64,000 nt of DNA from an uncultured Fibrobacterota bacterium (GTDB lineage Bacteria; Fibrobacterota; Chitinivibrionia; Chitinivibrionales; FEN-1185): contig CAVWBU010000026.1 in assembly GCA_963753345.1 (NCBI GenBank), positions 128,001 through 192,000 on the forward strand, written 5' to 3'. The position numbers were made by a program, and so were the translations under genes. Below the pieces are notes generated by a model. It saw nothing but the letters and a program-made list of their open reading frames with translations. It was not told the origin of the DNA and did not search any database. This document shows positions 48,934 to 58,999 of the stretch, one piece after another; within the stretch, counting starts at the first letter, position 1, and every line of letters begins with the position of its first letter.

Positions 48934-49896
48934 TCAGGAGAAAAGGTGGACGATGACCGCTTTCTGGATGTGGAGACGGTTTTCCGCTTCGTCAAGCGCT
49001 ATGGAATTGTCCGAGTCGAGGACGGGGCTGGTGATCTCCTCGCCCCGGTGCGCGGGAAGGCAATGCGAGACGAGCGCGCCGCGGGGCGCCTTTGCAAGGA
49101 GTTTTTCGTTGACCTGGAAAGGGGCGAAACGCTTTTTCCGTATCGCCGTCTCTTTTTCCTGGCCCATGCTGGTCCACACGTCGGTGTAGACCACCGATGC
49201 GCCGGACACGGCCTGCGCGGCGTCGTGGCCGACGGCAATTGCGGCGCCCGTAGTGCGTGCCACGGCGCGGCACATCGCAACCACGGTCGGATCAGGTTCG
49301 TACGTTCTGGGGCCTGCCCACGAAAAATGCCAGCCGAGTTTGGCCGCGAGCACCATGATCGAGTTGCACACGTTGTTGCCGTCGCCCACAAACGCCACCT
49401 TGACCCTGGCGCGGTCGCCGAGCCGCTCCCGCAGCGTGAAACCGAAGGCGAGAGCTTGACACGGATGGAATTTGTCCGACAGCGCGTTGACGACCGGAAT
49501 GGAGCTGTGTGTGGCGAGTTCCACCATGGTCTCGTGAAGAAAGGTGCGCGCGACCACAAGGTGCACCCACCGGTCGAGGTTCTTGGCAACGTCTTTCACG
49601 CTTTCGCGCTTGCCCATCTGAATCTGGTCGGATGCAAGATAAATGGCATGGCCGCCCAGTTCGTGGATGGCGGTTTCAAAGGTTATTCTCGTTCGCAAAG
49701 AAGGTTTTTCGAATATGAGCACCCCGGTCTTGTCCTCAAAGAGTTTCGGGTCCGCGCTCAACCGCTGCGCCTTGAGTTTGCGGGCAAGCGCAAACAGGCG
49801 TTCTATTTCTCCGGGGGAATAGTCGAAAAGGGTAAGAAGGTTCTTCTTTGCGTCTGGGGAAGGCGGTGCTTTCTTGTGGATTCTTGCCGGGCTCAT
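48934..49896 (-). CDS. argF: Ornithine carbamoyltransferase
   Basis: FEKPSLRTR, HPCQ, GDGNNV, YTDVWTSMG, HCLP, EAENRLH. Confidence 0.96.
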   Translation of the reverse strand: MSPARIHKKAPPSPDAKKNLLTLFDYSPGEIERLFALARKLKAQRLSADPKLFEDKTGVLIFEKPSLRTRITFETAIHELGGHAIYLASDQIQMGKRESVKDVAKNLDRWVHLVVARTFLHETMVELATHSSIPVVNALSDKFHPCQALAFGFTLRERLGDRARVKVAFVGDGNNVCNSIMVLAAKLGWHFSWAGPRTYEPDPTVVAMCRAVARTTGAAIAVGHDAAQAVSGASVVYTDVWTSMGQEKETAIRKKRFAPFQVNEKLLAKAPRGALVSHCLPAHRGEEITSPVLDSDNSIALDEAENRLHIQKAVIVHLFS

Positions 49897-50237
49897 TCTG
49901 CATCCGGATTGAAGAGTTTAAACCTGTTAAATGCCCGTGTACACCTACCATCCCGCACCGTGCCCGGCAAAAAAGCGGTCTGCAAGCCATGAAAGATGTA
50001 GTAAAATAATTGTTTCTCACTCACGGCTCGCAAGGATATTGAATATTTTAAGTCCCCTCACGGGATTATTCTTGCTTCCTTCCGGCCCAATCTCACATAT
50101 TATGGAAGAGCGGTCGAACTGCGGCCTTTACACAGGCTTTTCAGGTTCACAAGGGAGGATTTGACGTTTTGAACGCGTGATGATGCCGGACAGGGGCTTT
50201 GCCACGGGGTTTGCAATTTTTTGTCAGGAGGCTTCAG

Positions 50238-50585
50238 GTGGATATTACAGAAGTCAGAATAACCCTTCGGAACGAAGAGAAGCTCAAGGCATTTGCGAGC
50301 ATCACCTTTGACGACTGTTTCGTTGTGCGCGGCCTCAAGGTCATCAACGGTTCACAGGGCTATTTCGTTTCAATGCCTTCCCGCAAGAGAAGAGACGGCA
50401 GCTATCAGGACGTGGCCCATCCGATCAACAACGACATGAGAAAAAAAATCGAAGACAAAGTCCTGGATGCCTTTGAAAATGAGTTGAACAGATCCGGCGG
50501 TTCTGCGCCGGCCGCAAAGGAGCCGGGCCCGGCAGAGGAAGAAGATTTCGACGTCGAAGACGAAGCGTCGCGGGCGGAGCGCTGA
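50238..50585 (+). CDS. spoVG: Septation regulator SpoVG
   Basis: ITEVRI, LKAFASITFDDCFVV, FVSMPSRK, DVAHPI; AGGAGG RBS before GTG. Confidence 0.93.
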   Translation: MDITEVRITLRNEEKLKAFASITFDDCFVVRGLKVINGSQGYFVSMPSRKRRDGSYQDVAHPINNDMRKKIEDKVLDAFENELNRSGGSAPAAKEPGPAEEEDFDVEDEASRAER

Positions 50586-50610
50586 GCCGGTCTTCCCTTG
50601 GCGGTTGTCC

Positions 50611-50645
50611 GGGGCATTTTCCGGGAATGGAAAATGCCCCTTTTT
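50611..50645 (+). terminator. Rho-independent terminator
   Basis: GGGGCATTTTCC / GGAAAATGCCCC perfect stem followed by TTTTT. Confidence 0.88.
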
Positions 50646-50725
50646 GTCGCCCGAAGGCGGGCGGAAGATTGTCCTCCCACATAGTTTACTTACGGCGGCT
50701 CCACATATTATTTTAGGTGCCTTGC

Positions 50726-50800
50726 TGGGGCGTCGACAAGCGGCAAGTCACGAGGTTTTGGTCCTCGCATTCGGAGGTTCGAATCCTTCCGCCCCAGCCA
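50726..50800 (+). tRNA. tRNA-Gln (anticodon TTG)
   Basis: Acceptor TGGGGCG/CGCCCCA, anticodon arm CGAGG-TTTTGGT-CCTCG, T-loop GGTTCGAATCC, encoded CCA. Confidence 0.95.
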
Positions 50801-50971
50801 TAAGCTGGGTGCGGAAGGGTTCGAATGCTTCTCTCGCGGTGAAAACCCGTTGGACTCCCGGAGGCAATCATTCGCTGCCGCGCACATGCGCGGGAGGTAC
50901 TGCCGTGCGCCTTTACACGGCGGGGAACATACGGTTTTCTTTGAACGAAAATAGTCGCAAGGAGGTTTCCG

Positions 50972-51841
50972 TTGGATATTCTCAAAATCAAAGCCCGTCC
51001 GCGGTCCGGTTCGGGAAAATCGTACACGCGCAAGGCGCGCGTTCTGGGATGGATTCCCGCAATCTATTACGGCCGCAACAGGCAGCCGAAAACAATTGAA
51101 ATCGACGCCAACGAGTTCATCCAGTTCGTGCGCGCGAAGAAGACGCGCAACCTCTTCAACCTCGGACTCACCGGCGAAGAGGGCGGGGACGCCGTCGCAA
51201 TTATCAAGGAGATTCAGCGCGATACGATCGACAGGAAACTGTTCCTGCACATTGATTTTCAGCGCGTGGCCATGGACGAAAAAGTAACGGTGGGCGTGCC
51301 GATCGAACTGACCGGGCTTCCGCCGATCGGCGTCAAGGAGATGGGCGGTGTTCTCCAACACCCGGCGAAGGTCCTCATGGTGGAGTGCCTGCCCGCCAAT
51401 ATTCCCGAGAAGATTGCGGTCGACGTCTCCCTGCTCAAGATCGGAGACTCGATCCACGTGCGTGACATTGCGGTTGTCAACGGCGTGATCAAAGATTCTC
51501 CGGACCAGGTCGTTGCGGTCGTCATTATACCCACCGCCGAAGAAGTCAAGGCGCCGGAACCTGCGGCGGCCGAGGGCGTGGAAGGCGCGGAAGGCGCAGT
51601 TCCCGCCGAAGGCGCGGAAGGCGCAGCCGAGGGTGCCGCTCCTGCCGAGGGTGCGGAGGGTGCCGCAGCCAAGCCTGGGGCTCCTGCAAGACCGGGCGCT
51701 CCCGCGAAACCGGGAGCTGCGGCGGCAAGACCGGGTGCCGCACCTGCGGCGAAACCCGGCGCTCCCGCAAGGCCCGGCGCGGCTTCTGCCGGCGACGCAA
51801 AGCCGTCCAAGGATGCAAAAGGCGGCAAGGGCGGAAAATAG
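50972..51841 (+). CDS. rplY: 50S ribosomal protein L25/Ctc with a long low-complexity tail
   Basis: IPAIYYG, LHIDFQRV, GGVLQ, IPEKIAVDVS.L.IGDSIHV; AAGGAGG RBS. Confidence 0.93.
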   Translation: MDILKIKARPRSGSGKSYTRKARVLGWIPAIYYGRNRQPKTIEIDANEFIQFVRAKKTRNLFNLGLTGEEGGDAVAIIKEIQRDTIDRKLFLHIDFQRVAMDEKVTVGVPIELTGLPPIGVKEMGGVLQHPAKVLMVECLPANIPEKIAVDVSLLKIGDSIHVRDIAVVNGVIKDSPDQVVAVVIIPTAEEVKAPEPAAAEGVEGAEGAVPAEGAEGAAEGAAPAEGAEGAAAKPGAPARPGAPAKPGAAAARPGAAPAAKPGAPARPGAASAGDAKPSKDAKGGKGGK

Positions 51842-51862
51842 CACAGAGGGCAACCGGCACCC

Positions 51863-52522
51863 GTGACATCCTTCTTACGCTTTGCGAGGTTTTTCCGCAG
51901 GAAGAAACCGCGGGCGAAGGCCGACCTGCTCATTTTCGGCATCGGCAACCCGGGCGACAGGTACAGGGATACGAGACACAACGCCGGGTTCATGGTGGTG
52001 GACCATCTGTCCCGGTTTCTTTCGGAAGCGCGCGCGATACACGAGCCGCTGTTTACCGCGGCGGCGGGGACGCTCTGGGGAAAAGAAATTGCGCTTGTCA
52101 AACCGTGCACGTTTGTCAATGCGTGCGGGCCGGCGTTTGCCGCGAGCGCCGCACTTTTCGGCGTGCCGCCGGGTTCGGCGCTTGTCGTTGTGGACGATTA
52201 CCACCTGCCGCTGGGAACCCTGCGGCTCAGGCGCGGCGGGTCCGACGGCGGCCACAACGGGCTCGCCTCGATCATCGAGCGCTGCGGCGGGGATTTTCCG
52301 CGGCTCCGTGTGGGAATAGGACCGCTTGCCGCGGACGCGAATGCCGTGGATTTTGTCCTGGGAAGGTTTGACGAACGGGAATTTCCCGTTCTGGACGCCG
52401 CGGTGGAAACGGCGTCCGAAGCGGTGCGCGTGTTCTGCGCCGCAGGAATCGAACAGGCCATGAACCTGTTCAACGCGGGCCGGGCAACGCCCGGTCCCGG
52501 TGGAGAAAAAAGAGACTTGTAA
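51863..52522 (+). CDS. pth: Peptidyl-tRNA hydrolase
   Basis: GIGNPG..Y..TRHNAGF, GSDGGHNGL, RLRVGIG, FVLGRF. Confidence 0.94.
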   Translation: MTSFLRFARFFRRKKPRAKADLLIFGIGNPGDRYRDTRHNAGFMVVDHLSRFLSEARAIHEPLFTAAAGTLWGKEIALVKPCTFVNACGPAFAASAALFGVPPGSALVVVDDYHLPLGTLRLRRGGSDGGHNGLASIIERCGGDFPRLRVGIGPLAADANAVDFVLGRFDEREFPVLDAAVETASEAVRVFCAAGIEQAMNLFNAGRATPGPGGEKRDL

Positions 52523-52622
52523 ACCATTGTCGGATGCAAGCGGACAAAACATCCTGCTTCGCCGGCCCGCACCCAGGGAATGCGGCGCGCGGGCGAAGCC
52601 GCCAGACCAAAGGAGGTTCACG

Positions 52623-52976
52623 TTGAAACGACCCTATGAGACCGTCGTCATTTACGACGCGACGCTCCCCGATGACGCCATTGCGGGCGAGAGCGGGAAG
52701 ATCGAGGAATTCCTCAGAAAGAACGCCGAGTTCGAACAGACCGTGGTGATGGGGAAGAAGCACCTTGCCTACCCCATCCGGAAGAAGAAGGCCGGCGTCT
52801 ATCACCTGTACCTTTACAAAGGTGAAGGCGACGTCGCGGGCATGCTGGAAAAGCATCTCAAGCTCAACGAGTCGGTGCTCCGCCACCTTTCGGTGGCCCG
52901 CACCGTCGTCGCGGCGCCGGCGCAGCCGGCAGTCGTTGGATCAGCGCCGGCGTCGGCAGAAAAGGAGCGTGCATAA
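52623..52976 (+). CDS. rpsF: 30S ribosomal protein S6
   Basis: [32 protein letters not shown] before TTG. Confidence 0.92.
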   Translation: MKRPYETVVIYDATLPDDAIAGESGKIEEFLRKNAEFEQTVVMGKKHLAYPIRKKKAGVYHLYLYKGEGDVAGMLEKHLKLNESVLRHLSVARTVVAAPAQPAVVGSAPASAEKERA

Positions 52977-53203
52977 TGTACCGGAGAGGCAGAGTGAGAA
53001 AAGTGTGCTGGTTCGACCAGAATTCCATTGAACCGGACTACAAGGATCAGCGCATGATGGAAAGCTTCATCACCGAGCGGGGCAAGATCGTGCCGCGCAG
53101 GCTCTCGGGCGTCTGCGCCAAGCACCAGAAACGGCTTGCGCTCGCCGTGAAACGGGCGCGCTACCTGGCGCTCGTGCCGTTTGTAGCCGAAAACCTCAGA
53201 TAG
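52976..53203 (+). CDS. rpsR: 30S ribosomal protein S18
   Basis: [26 protein letters not shown]. Confidence 0.95.
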   Translation: MYRRGRVRKVCWFDQNSIEPDYKDQRMMESFITERGKIVPRRLSGVCAKHQKRLALAVKRARYLALVPFVAENLR

Positions 53204-53248
53204 GAACAGCACAGTCATCACCCAACGGAACACAAGGGGTCTTGTCCT

Positions 53249-53698
53249 ATGGAAGTTGTTTTGAAAAAAGATCACGACAAACTCGGCAAGGCGATGGACG
53301 TTGTCAACGTTGCCGACGGGTACGCTCGGAATTTCCTTATTCCCCAGGGCATCGCGGTGTCCGCCACCGAGGGGAACAGGAAGGCGGTGGCGGAGTCGAA
53401 ACGCCTTTCCGAGAAACGCGAAGAGAAGAAGCAGAAGGAAGCCAAGGTGCAGGCCGCACAGATCGAGAAGGTGCCGTGCACCATCAAGGTGAAGGTGGGA
53501 GAGGAGGACCGGCTGTTCGGCTCGGTGACCACCCAGGAGATAGCCGATTTTCTCGCCAAGGAGGGGTTTTCGATAGACAAGCGCGACATCGAACTCGAGG
53601 AGCCCATCAAGCAGCTGGGCGTCTATTCGGTGAAGATCACGCTGTACAAGGACGTTTTTGCGCATCTGAAAGTCTGGGTTGTCAAGGAAGAGGCCTAG
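53249..53698 (+). CDS. rplI: 50S ribosomal protein L9
   Basis: VADGYARNFLIP, LFGSVT, PIKQLG. Confidence 0.96.
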   Translation: MEVVLKKDHDKLGKAMDVVNVADGYARNFLIPQGIAVSATEGNRKAVAESKRLSEKREEKKQKEAKVQAAQIEKVPCTIKVKVGEEDRLFGSVTTQEIADFLAKEGFSIDKRDIELEEPIKQLGVYSVKITLYKDVFAHLKVWVVKEEA

Positions 53699-53721
53699 CC
53701 GGCGGCCGGGAGATCATTCCC

Positions 53722-54609
53722 ATGATACTGCAGGGTTGTTACGTTGCCCTCGCGACGCCGTTTACGAACGAAGGTCTCGTGAACGAAGCGGGCCTGCGAA
53801 GCAACATAGAATTTCTGATTAAAAACGGCGTCGCCGGCATCGTGCCGTGCGGCACCACCGGCGAATCCGCCACCCTGTCGTGGGAAGAGCACAACCGGGT
53901 GGTCGACATCGCGCTCGACCAGGTGAAGGGCCGGGTGCAGGTCATTGCCGGCGCGGGTTCCAACAACACCCACGAATCCATCGAAGCGGCGACGCACGCA
54001 CGAGAGAAAGGCGCGCAGGCCATCCTGTGCATCACGCCGTACTACAACAAGCCCACGCAGGAAGGCCTGTACCAGCACTACCGGCAGATCGCCACCACCG
54101 TGGATATTCCCATTGTGCTCTACAACGTGCCGGGACGCACGGGCGTGAACATGCTTCCGAAAACCGTGGAGAGGCTGTGCGAGTTCAAGTCGATAGTCGC
54201 CATCAAGGAGGCAAGCGGCAACCTGCAGCAGATCTCCGAAATTCACCGGCGCTGCGGGGAGAGGCTTGCCGTTCTCTCCGGCGACGACGCGCTCACGCTG
54301 CCGATCCTCGCGTGCGGCGGCAAAGGCGTGATTTCGGTGGTTGCCAATATCTGGCCGCAGAAGATGGTGGCCCTTCTGAATTGCTTTTTCGCGGGCGACA
54401 TGGCAGGCGCGCTCGCCGTTCACGAGGAGCTGCTGCCCGTTTCCAATGCCATGTTCTTTGAGACGAGCCCCGGGCCGGTAAAAACCGCCATGAATTATCT
54501 CGGGCTTGCAGCGGGCCCGCTGCGCCTTCCGCTTGTCGACATGGAAAGCGACAACCGGGAAAAACTTCTTTCGGTACTCAAGCTGAGCGGGATACGGCAG
54601 CTTCCGTAG
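53722..54609 (+). CDS. dapA: 4-hydroxy-tetrahydrodipicolinate synthase
   Basis: GTTGES, PYYNKP, YNVPGRT, IKEASG, SGDD. Confidence 0.96.
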   Translation: MILQGCYVALATPFTNEGLVNEAGLRSNIEFLIKNGVAGIVPCGTTGESATLSWEEHNRVVDIALDQVKGRVQVIAGAGSNNTHESIEAATHAREKGAQAILCITPYYNKPTQEGLYQHYRQIATTVDIPIVLYNVPGRTGVNMLPKTVERLCEFKSIVAIKEASGNLQQISEIHRRCGERLAVLSGDDALTLPILACGGKGVISVVANIWPQKMVALLNCFFAGDMAGALAVHEELLPVSNAMFFETSPGPVKTAMNYLGLAAGPLRLPLVDMESDNREKLLSVLKLSGIRQLP

Positions 54610-54621
54610 AGAGGGCCCTGC

Positions 54622-55425
54622 GTGACAACGAGCATCATCGTGAGCGGCGCGATGGGGAAAATGGGCAGAGAGATCGCCGCCGCGGTCATTAACGACCCCT
54701 CCTGCACGCTCTCGGGGTGCCTGGAGCACCCCTCGCATTCCGCAATCGGCAACAACTACGCGGCGTGCACCGGCCTCGCGTCGGAGGGCGTGGCGCTCCG
54801 CGGGTCGCCTTCCGGCCTTCCCATTGACAAAAGCATTATCGTCGATTTCACCTCGCCGCAGGCGACGCTCGCGCTGCTTGCGGCCGTGGAAGGGAAGGCG
54901 GCGCGTCTGGTGATCGGCACCACCGGCTTTTCGGATACGGAGACCGAACGCATCCGGAGCGCCGCGCGGTCCATTCCCATCGTGCTGAGTCCCAACATGA
55001 GCCTGGGCGTCAATCTGCTGTTCGTGCTCACCGACCTTGCCGCGAAGAAGCTCGGCGCAACGTTCGACATCGAAATCATTGAGGCGCATCACCGGTTCAA
55101 GAAGGACGCGCCGAGCGGCACGGCAAAGAGGCTCGGTGAGATCGTTGCGGCCGCGCTCGGCGTCGGCTACAACGAAGCGGTGAGGAACGGCAGGGCCGGC
55201 ACAACGGGCGAGCGCACGGGAAAAGAGATCGGCATGCACTCGGTGCGCGGCGGCGACATCGTGGGCGACCATACGGTGCTGTTTGCGGGAATGGGCGAGC
55301 GTCTCGAATTGCGCCACGTTATGCAGAGTCGCGCCACCTTGGCCCGGGGCGCGGTTGCCGCCGCGCTGTGGCTGGTGAACCAAGGGCCGGGCCTTTACAG
55401 CATGCGTGACGTTCTGGGATTGTAA
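54622..55425 (+). CDS. dapB: 4-hydroxy-tetrahydrodipicolinate reductase
   Basis: GAMGKMG, DFT, GTTG, EAHHRFKKDAPSGTA, RGGDIVGDH. Confidence 0.96.
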   Translation: MTTSIIVSGAMGKMGREIAAAVINDPSCTLSGCLEHPSHSAIGNNYAACTGLASEGVALRGSPSGLPIDKSIIVDFTSPQATLALLAAVEGKAARLVIGTTGFSDTETERIRSAARSIPIVLSPNMSLGVNLLFVLTDLAAKKLGATFDIEIIEAHHRFKKDAPSGTAKRLGEIVAAALGVGYNEAVRNGRAGTTGERTGKEIGMHSVRGGDIVGDHTVLFAGMGERLELRHVMQSRATLARGAVAAALWLVNQGPGLYSMRDVLGL

Positions 55426-55544
55426 GGTTTTTTGGCCCAGCCGCAATATCGGTTAATTTTTCGTACCCTGACACGAAATCTCTTGGTCGCATTGAACGCA
55501 AACGTTATTGTGTGACGGCGAGTATCACTCCGCAAGGAGCCTGC

Positions 55545-56921
55545 ATGGCCAAACGAATCTCGGTGGTATTCCCCGTTCTTCTCGCAGGCATGTTTTTTTT
55601 GGCGGGCGCCGACACGGTGCAGGACTCAGGCGCGGCCTCCGCTTCAAAACAGGGAGCTGCGGGCGGTTCTCCCGCCGCGCCATCCCCCGGCGTAAAGCAG
55701 TCCGATGTGCATAAAAAGAAGGCCGTCGAGGAAGACCTCTACGAAGAGATGCTCGTGCCCGAAAAGGGCGCTGCCCAGCCGGCAAAGACGGAACAGGCCG
55801 CGCCTGCCGCGGCAAAGGCGGACACTTCCGCGGTAAAGGCCGCCGGTTCACCCAACCCCGCCGACACCTCGAAGGCGGCGGGCGCCGCCGCGCCCGCAAG
55901 GGAAACCGTGGGGGCCGCCGACGCAACGCATCCCGCATCCGTGCCCGCGCCTTCGGCGGTGCAGACGACGGCAGCCGACACCGCGAAGAAATCCGCTGTT
56001 GCGGCAAAACCCGTTGCTCCGGTGAAAATCGAGGAAGCCCGCCCCATCAATTTCGCAAAAGGCCTCAAGGAGTACCGCTCGCCCAAGCTGGCGATGCTCA
56101 TGTCGCTTATCGTGCCGGGCCTGGGGCAGGCATATGTCAAGAGCTACGTGCGGGCCGGGCTGTACATTCTTGCCGAGGCGGCCATTATCGGCACCAGCGT
56201 GGCCTACAGCAACATGGCAAACGACAGGTACAATCAGGCCAAGGCGTTTGCCAACAGAAATTATTCGGCCGGCAAGATGGTGAACTATTACGACAGCCTC
56301 TATACCTTTATCTTGACCAATATCACCTCCCAACTTTACGGGGGAAGCCACCCCGACAGCGATGCCCAGTCGCGGCTGAACGACATCTATACCGACTCCC
56401 TCAACGGCTTCAAGCATGACAGTTTGGTCAAGTCGAACCAGTATTATCAGACCCTCGACGAATCGAACGCGTTCATTCAGGGATGGAAAGACTGCCAGCC
56501 CACGCTCGACCAAATCGCGGCCGTCAATGCCGGCTCCCCATTGACCGACACGACCGGCCGCGGCTACAAATACACATACACGCGGTACGATTCCATCGAA
56601 TACTCGTACCTTGTGAGTATCTCGGACAAGACCTCCGGCGCCGTCGTCAATCCCATGGCCTACGGTTATTCCGACAGCGCGCTTGTCTTCCAGAAGCTCA
56701 TGTCTCAGTACCGGCAAAACTCCAAGATCGCGACCCAAGTCCTGTTCATCCTCCTTGTCAACCACATCGTGAGCGCCGTGGACGCCCTGATATCCGCCAA
56801 CGTCTACAACGCAAACCTGCTCGGCAAACAAACCTTCTGGCGCCACATAGACTTTGAGGCCGGCATTGCCGGAAGCGGCCTCACGAGCGGGCCGGCGTTG
56901 GCCATGAGGATACAGTTTTGA
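55545..56921 (+). CDS. Hypothetical exported or membrane protein (Ala/Pro-rich linker; DUF5683-like S.LVPGLGQ.Y motif)
   Basis: AAGGAG RBS; KLAMLMSLIVPGLGQAY; NHIVSAVDA. Confidence 0.7.
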   Translation: MAKRISVVFPVLLAGMFFLAGADTVQDSGAASASKQGAAGGSPAAPSPGVKQSDVHKKKAVEEDLYEEMLVPEKGAAQPAKTEQAAPAAAKADTSAVKAAGSPNPADTSKAAGAAAPARETVGAADATHPASVPAPSAVQTTAADTAKKSAVAAKPVAPVKIEEARPINFAKGLKEYRSPKLAMLMSLIVPGLGQAYVKSYVRAGLYILAEAAIIGTSVAYSNMANDRYNQAKAFANRNYSAGKMVNYYDSLYTFILTNITSQLYGGSHPDSDAQSRLNDIYTDSLNGFKHDSLVKSNQYYQTLDESNAFIQGWKDCQPTLDQIAAVNAGSPLTDTTGRGYKYTYTRYDSIEYSYLVSISDKTSGAVVNPMAYGYSDSALVFQKLMSQYRQNSKIATQVLFILLVNHIVSAVDALISANVYNANLLGKQTFWRHIDFEAGIAGSGLTSGPALAMRIQF

Positions 56922-57637
56922 GAAGACTTCGCGCCATTGCGGCCGTTGCGTGCCTGTACGCCGCGCTCGCGGCCCCTGCCGATTGCCAGGTCACGGTGCA
57001 GGAAAGCATGAGCACCGACACGGTGGATCTGTTTGCAAAGTCCGCCAGGCCGCATAAATCCATGGCGCTTGCCATGTGCGCATCGGTGTTGCTGCCCGGG
57101 CTGGGCCACCAGTACCTGGGCGATAACGCGAAAGCGCTCGCCTATTACTCCACGGAAGCGCTGTTTATATTCGGCGCGGTATTCTGCAGTTACTACGGAC
57201 GAACGGTGTTCGATAACGCAAAGGTCTTTGCGTGGGACCACGCGGAGGCCGCCGGCGGCGCCGGCGCCGACGATCAATACTGGCAGAACGTGGCCCATTA
57301 CGACGACCTGAACAGCTACAATCAGCAAATGGAACGCACGTATAGAAGCGAAGTCCAGGACTATCTCACCCCCAATCTCCAGTGGCACTGGGACGATCTT
57401 CCCGGCGAACCCACCAACCGGAACATCTTTAACGGCATGCTCCAGCAGTCGATGAGTTGGCAGGTGGCCTCGTCGTTTTTCCTGGGCGCCATGGTGCTCA
57501 ACAGGCTGGTGGCGTTCATCGACGTACGGTTTGCCACCAAGCAACTGGAGACAAAATCGCTTTCGTCAATTCAATTCTTTCCGCACTATGATCCCGTCGC
57601 TCGGGCCGCAGGCCTCTCCCTGAGGACGGGGTTTTGA
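56918..57637 (+). CDS. Hypothetical exported or membrane protein, DUF5683-like, related to the upstream gene
   Basis: SVLLPGLGHQYLG; NRLVAFID; overlaps the upstream stop. Confidence 0.7.
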   Translation: MRRLRAIAAVACLYAALAAPADCQVTVQESMSTDTVDLFAKSARPHKSMALAMCASVLLPGLGHQYLGDNAKALAYYSTEALFIFGAVFCSYYGRTVFDNAKVFAWDHAEAAGGAGADDQYWQNVAHYDDLNSYNQQMERTYRSEVQDYLTPNLQWHWDDLPGEPTNRNIFNGMLQQSMSWQVASSFFLGAMVLNRLVAFIDVRFATKQLETKSLSSIQFFPHYDPVARAAGLSLRTGF

Positions 57638-57710
57638 TCCCGCATTTGGCCTTTGCAAATAAATCTTACCGCAAGGACTCACCGAGCGCAAAAAAACTAT
57701 TTTTTGACTC

Positions 57711-58418
57711 ATGAACCTTGTCCTTCTGTTCGAACAGGACTTTGTTGATCCTACGCACGTTGTTCTCACCGGACGCAGGCTCGATCATATAACCACGGTG
57801 CACCGCGCGCAGGCCGGCGATACGCTGAGGGTGGGAAAGCTTGGCGGCACAATGGGCGAGGGACGCGTGACGGCGATCGATGCCGGATCGTGCAGGATGG
57901 AAGTTGCGCTCGACAAGGACCCGCCGGCGCCCCTGCCGCTCACGCTGCTCTTGGCGCTGCCCCGGCCCAAGGCGCTGCGGCGGATTATCGAAACCGTCGC
58001 GGCGATGGGAATAAAACGTGTTTACCTTATGGAGTCGTGGCGGGTCGAGAAGAGCTTCTGGAACAGCCCGCTCCTTTCCGAGGAGGAACTGGCCGGCCGC
58101 TGCCTGCTCGGGCTGGAACAGGCCTGCGACACGGTGATGCCCGTGCTGCAATTCAGGCGGCGCTTCAGGCCGTTCGTGGAGGACGAGGTGCCGGGCTTGA
58201 TAAAGGGCAGCCGCGCTTTCGTGGCCCATCCCGGCGCCGCCGCCCCATGCCCGCGCGCGGCTTCCGGCCCGCTTACCCTTGCCGTTGGCCCGGAAGGCGG
58301 GTTTATCCCTCGCGAAATAAAGCTGCTTGAAGAGCTGGGATTTGCGGCCGTGAATTTCGGACCGAGGATATTGCGGACCGAGGCGTTCGTGCCCGCGGCG
58401 GTGGGGAGGATGTTCTAA
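57711..58418 (+). CDS. rsmE: 16S rRNA m3U1498 methyltransferase
   Basis: LALPRPK, GLEQ, VGPEGGF, GPRILRTE. Confidence 0.93.
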   Translation: MNLVLLFEQDFVDPTHVVLTGRRLDHITTVHRAQAGDTLRVGKLGGTMGEGRVTAIDAGSCRMEVALDKDPPAPLPLTLLLALPRPKALRRIIETVAAMGIKRVYLMESWRVEKSFWNSPLLSEEELAGRCLLGLEQACDTVMPVLQFRRRFRPFVEDEVPGLIKGSRAFVAHPGAAAPCPRAASGPLTLAVGPEGGFIPREIKLLEELGFAAVNFGPRILRTEAFVPAAVGRMF

Positions 58419-58460
58419 GAGCACGGTTTCACGATGGTCAAAGAAGATAAGATACATTTA

Positions 58461-58934
58461 TGGGGGAGGTTTCCCCCTCGCTTCAGCCCGGCGCACGCTC
58501 TCAATTTGTAAATCAGGCTGATAGCGCGCCGGTCTTTCGCTACCCCCTCCTGGGTGGCCCCCAAGGAAGGTTATTTGCGAGAAAGATGCTTCGGTTGGGG
58601 GGCACCCAAGAAGAATTGTGGAATGATGATTGCGGAATGCGGATTGAATAAAGCATAGATGTCATTGCGAGCGAAGCGAAGCAATCTGCGGTAGAATTGA
58701 CTGTTGGGAAATGGAAGAACGAGTCTTGCCTGTTTGCTTTGTGATACCGGCTGGCGTAAAAAGGTGGCTTGACTGAATGGATTCCCCCTGCCGCGCGTTA
58801 GGCGCGACTGGAGGCCGCACTGGAGCGCGGTGCCGCCCGGACCCGCCGCGTCAGCGGCATAGGGCCGAGGCGGCCAGAGGCCGAAGGCCGAAACCGGAAG
58901 GAGAGCCGACCCCGCGCAGCGGGGGAACGCCCAG
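58461..58934. repeat. Composite repeat: family B(+) 58461-58614, degenerate 7-mer tandem, GTCATTGCGAGCGAAGCGAAGCAATCT REP-like unit 58661-58687, family A(-) 58751-58934
   Basis: Direct comparison with the other copies. Confidence 0.82.
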
Positions 58935-58999
58935 CTTTTTATTACCAGCGCAGAGTGAAGCAACCTCTCCCCGCGCACAACTATTTTTAAGGTAATCTC

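Noticed and set aside
50804-50900. Second tRNA after tRNA-Gln (contains GGTTCGAAT)
   Set aside because: No cloverleaf; the motif is explained as the inverted copy of the tRNA 3' end
53242-53721. Apparent 160-aa extension or fusion on dapA
   Set aside because: Alternative frame over rplI; dapA starts at 53722
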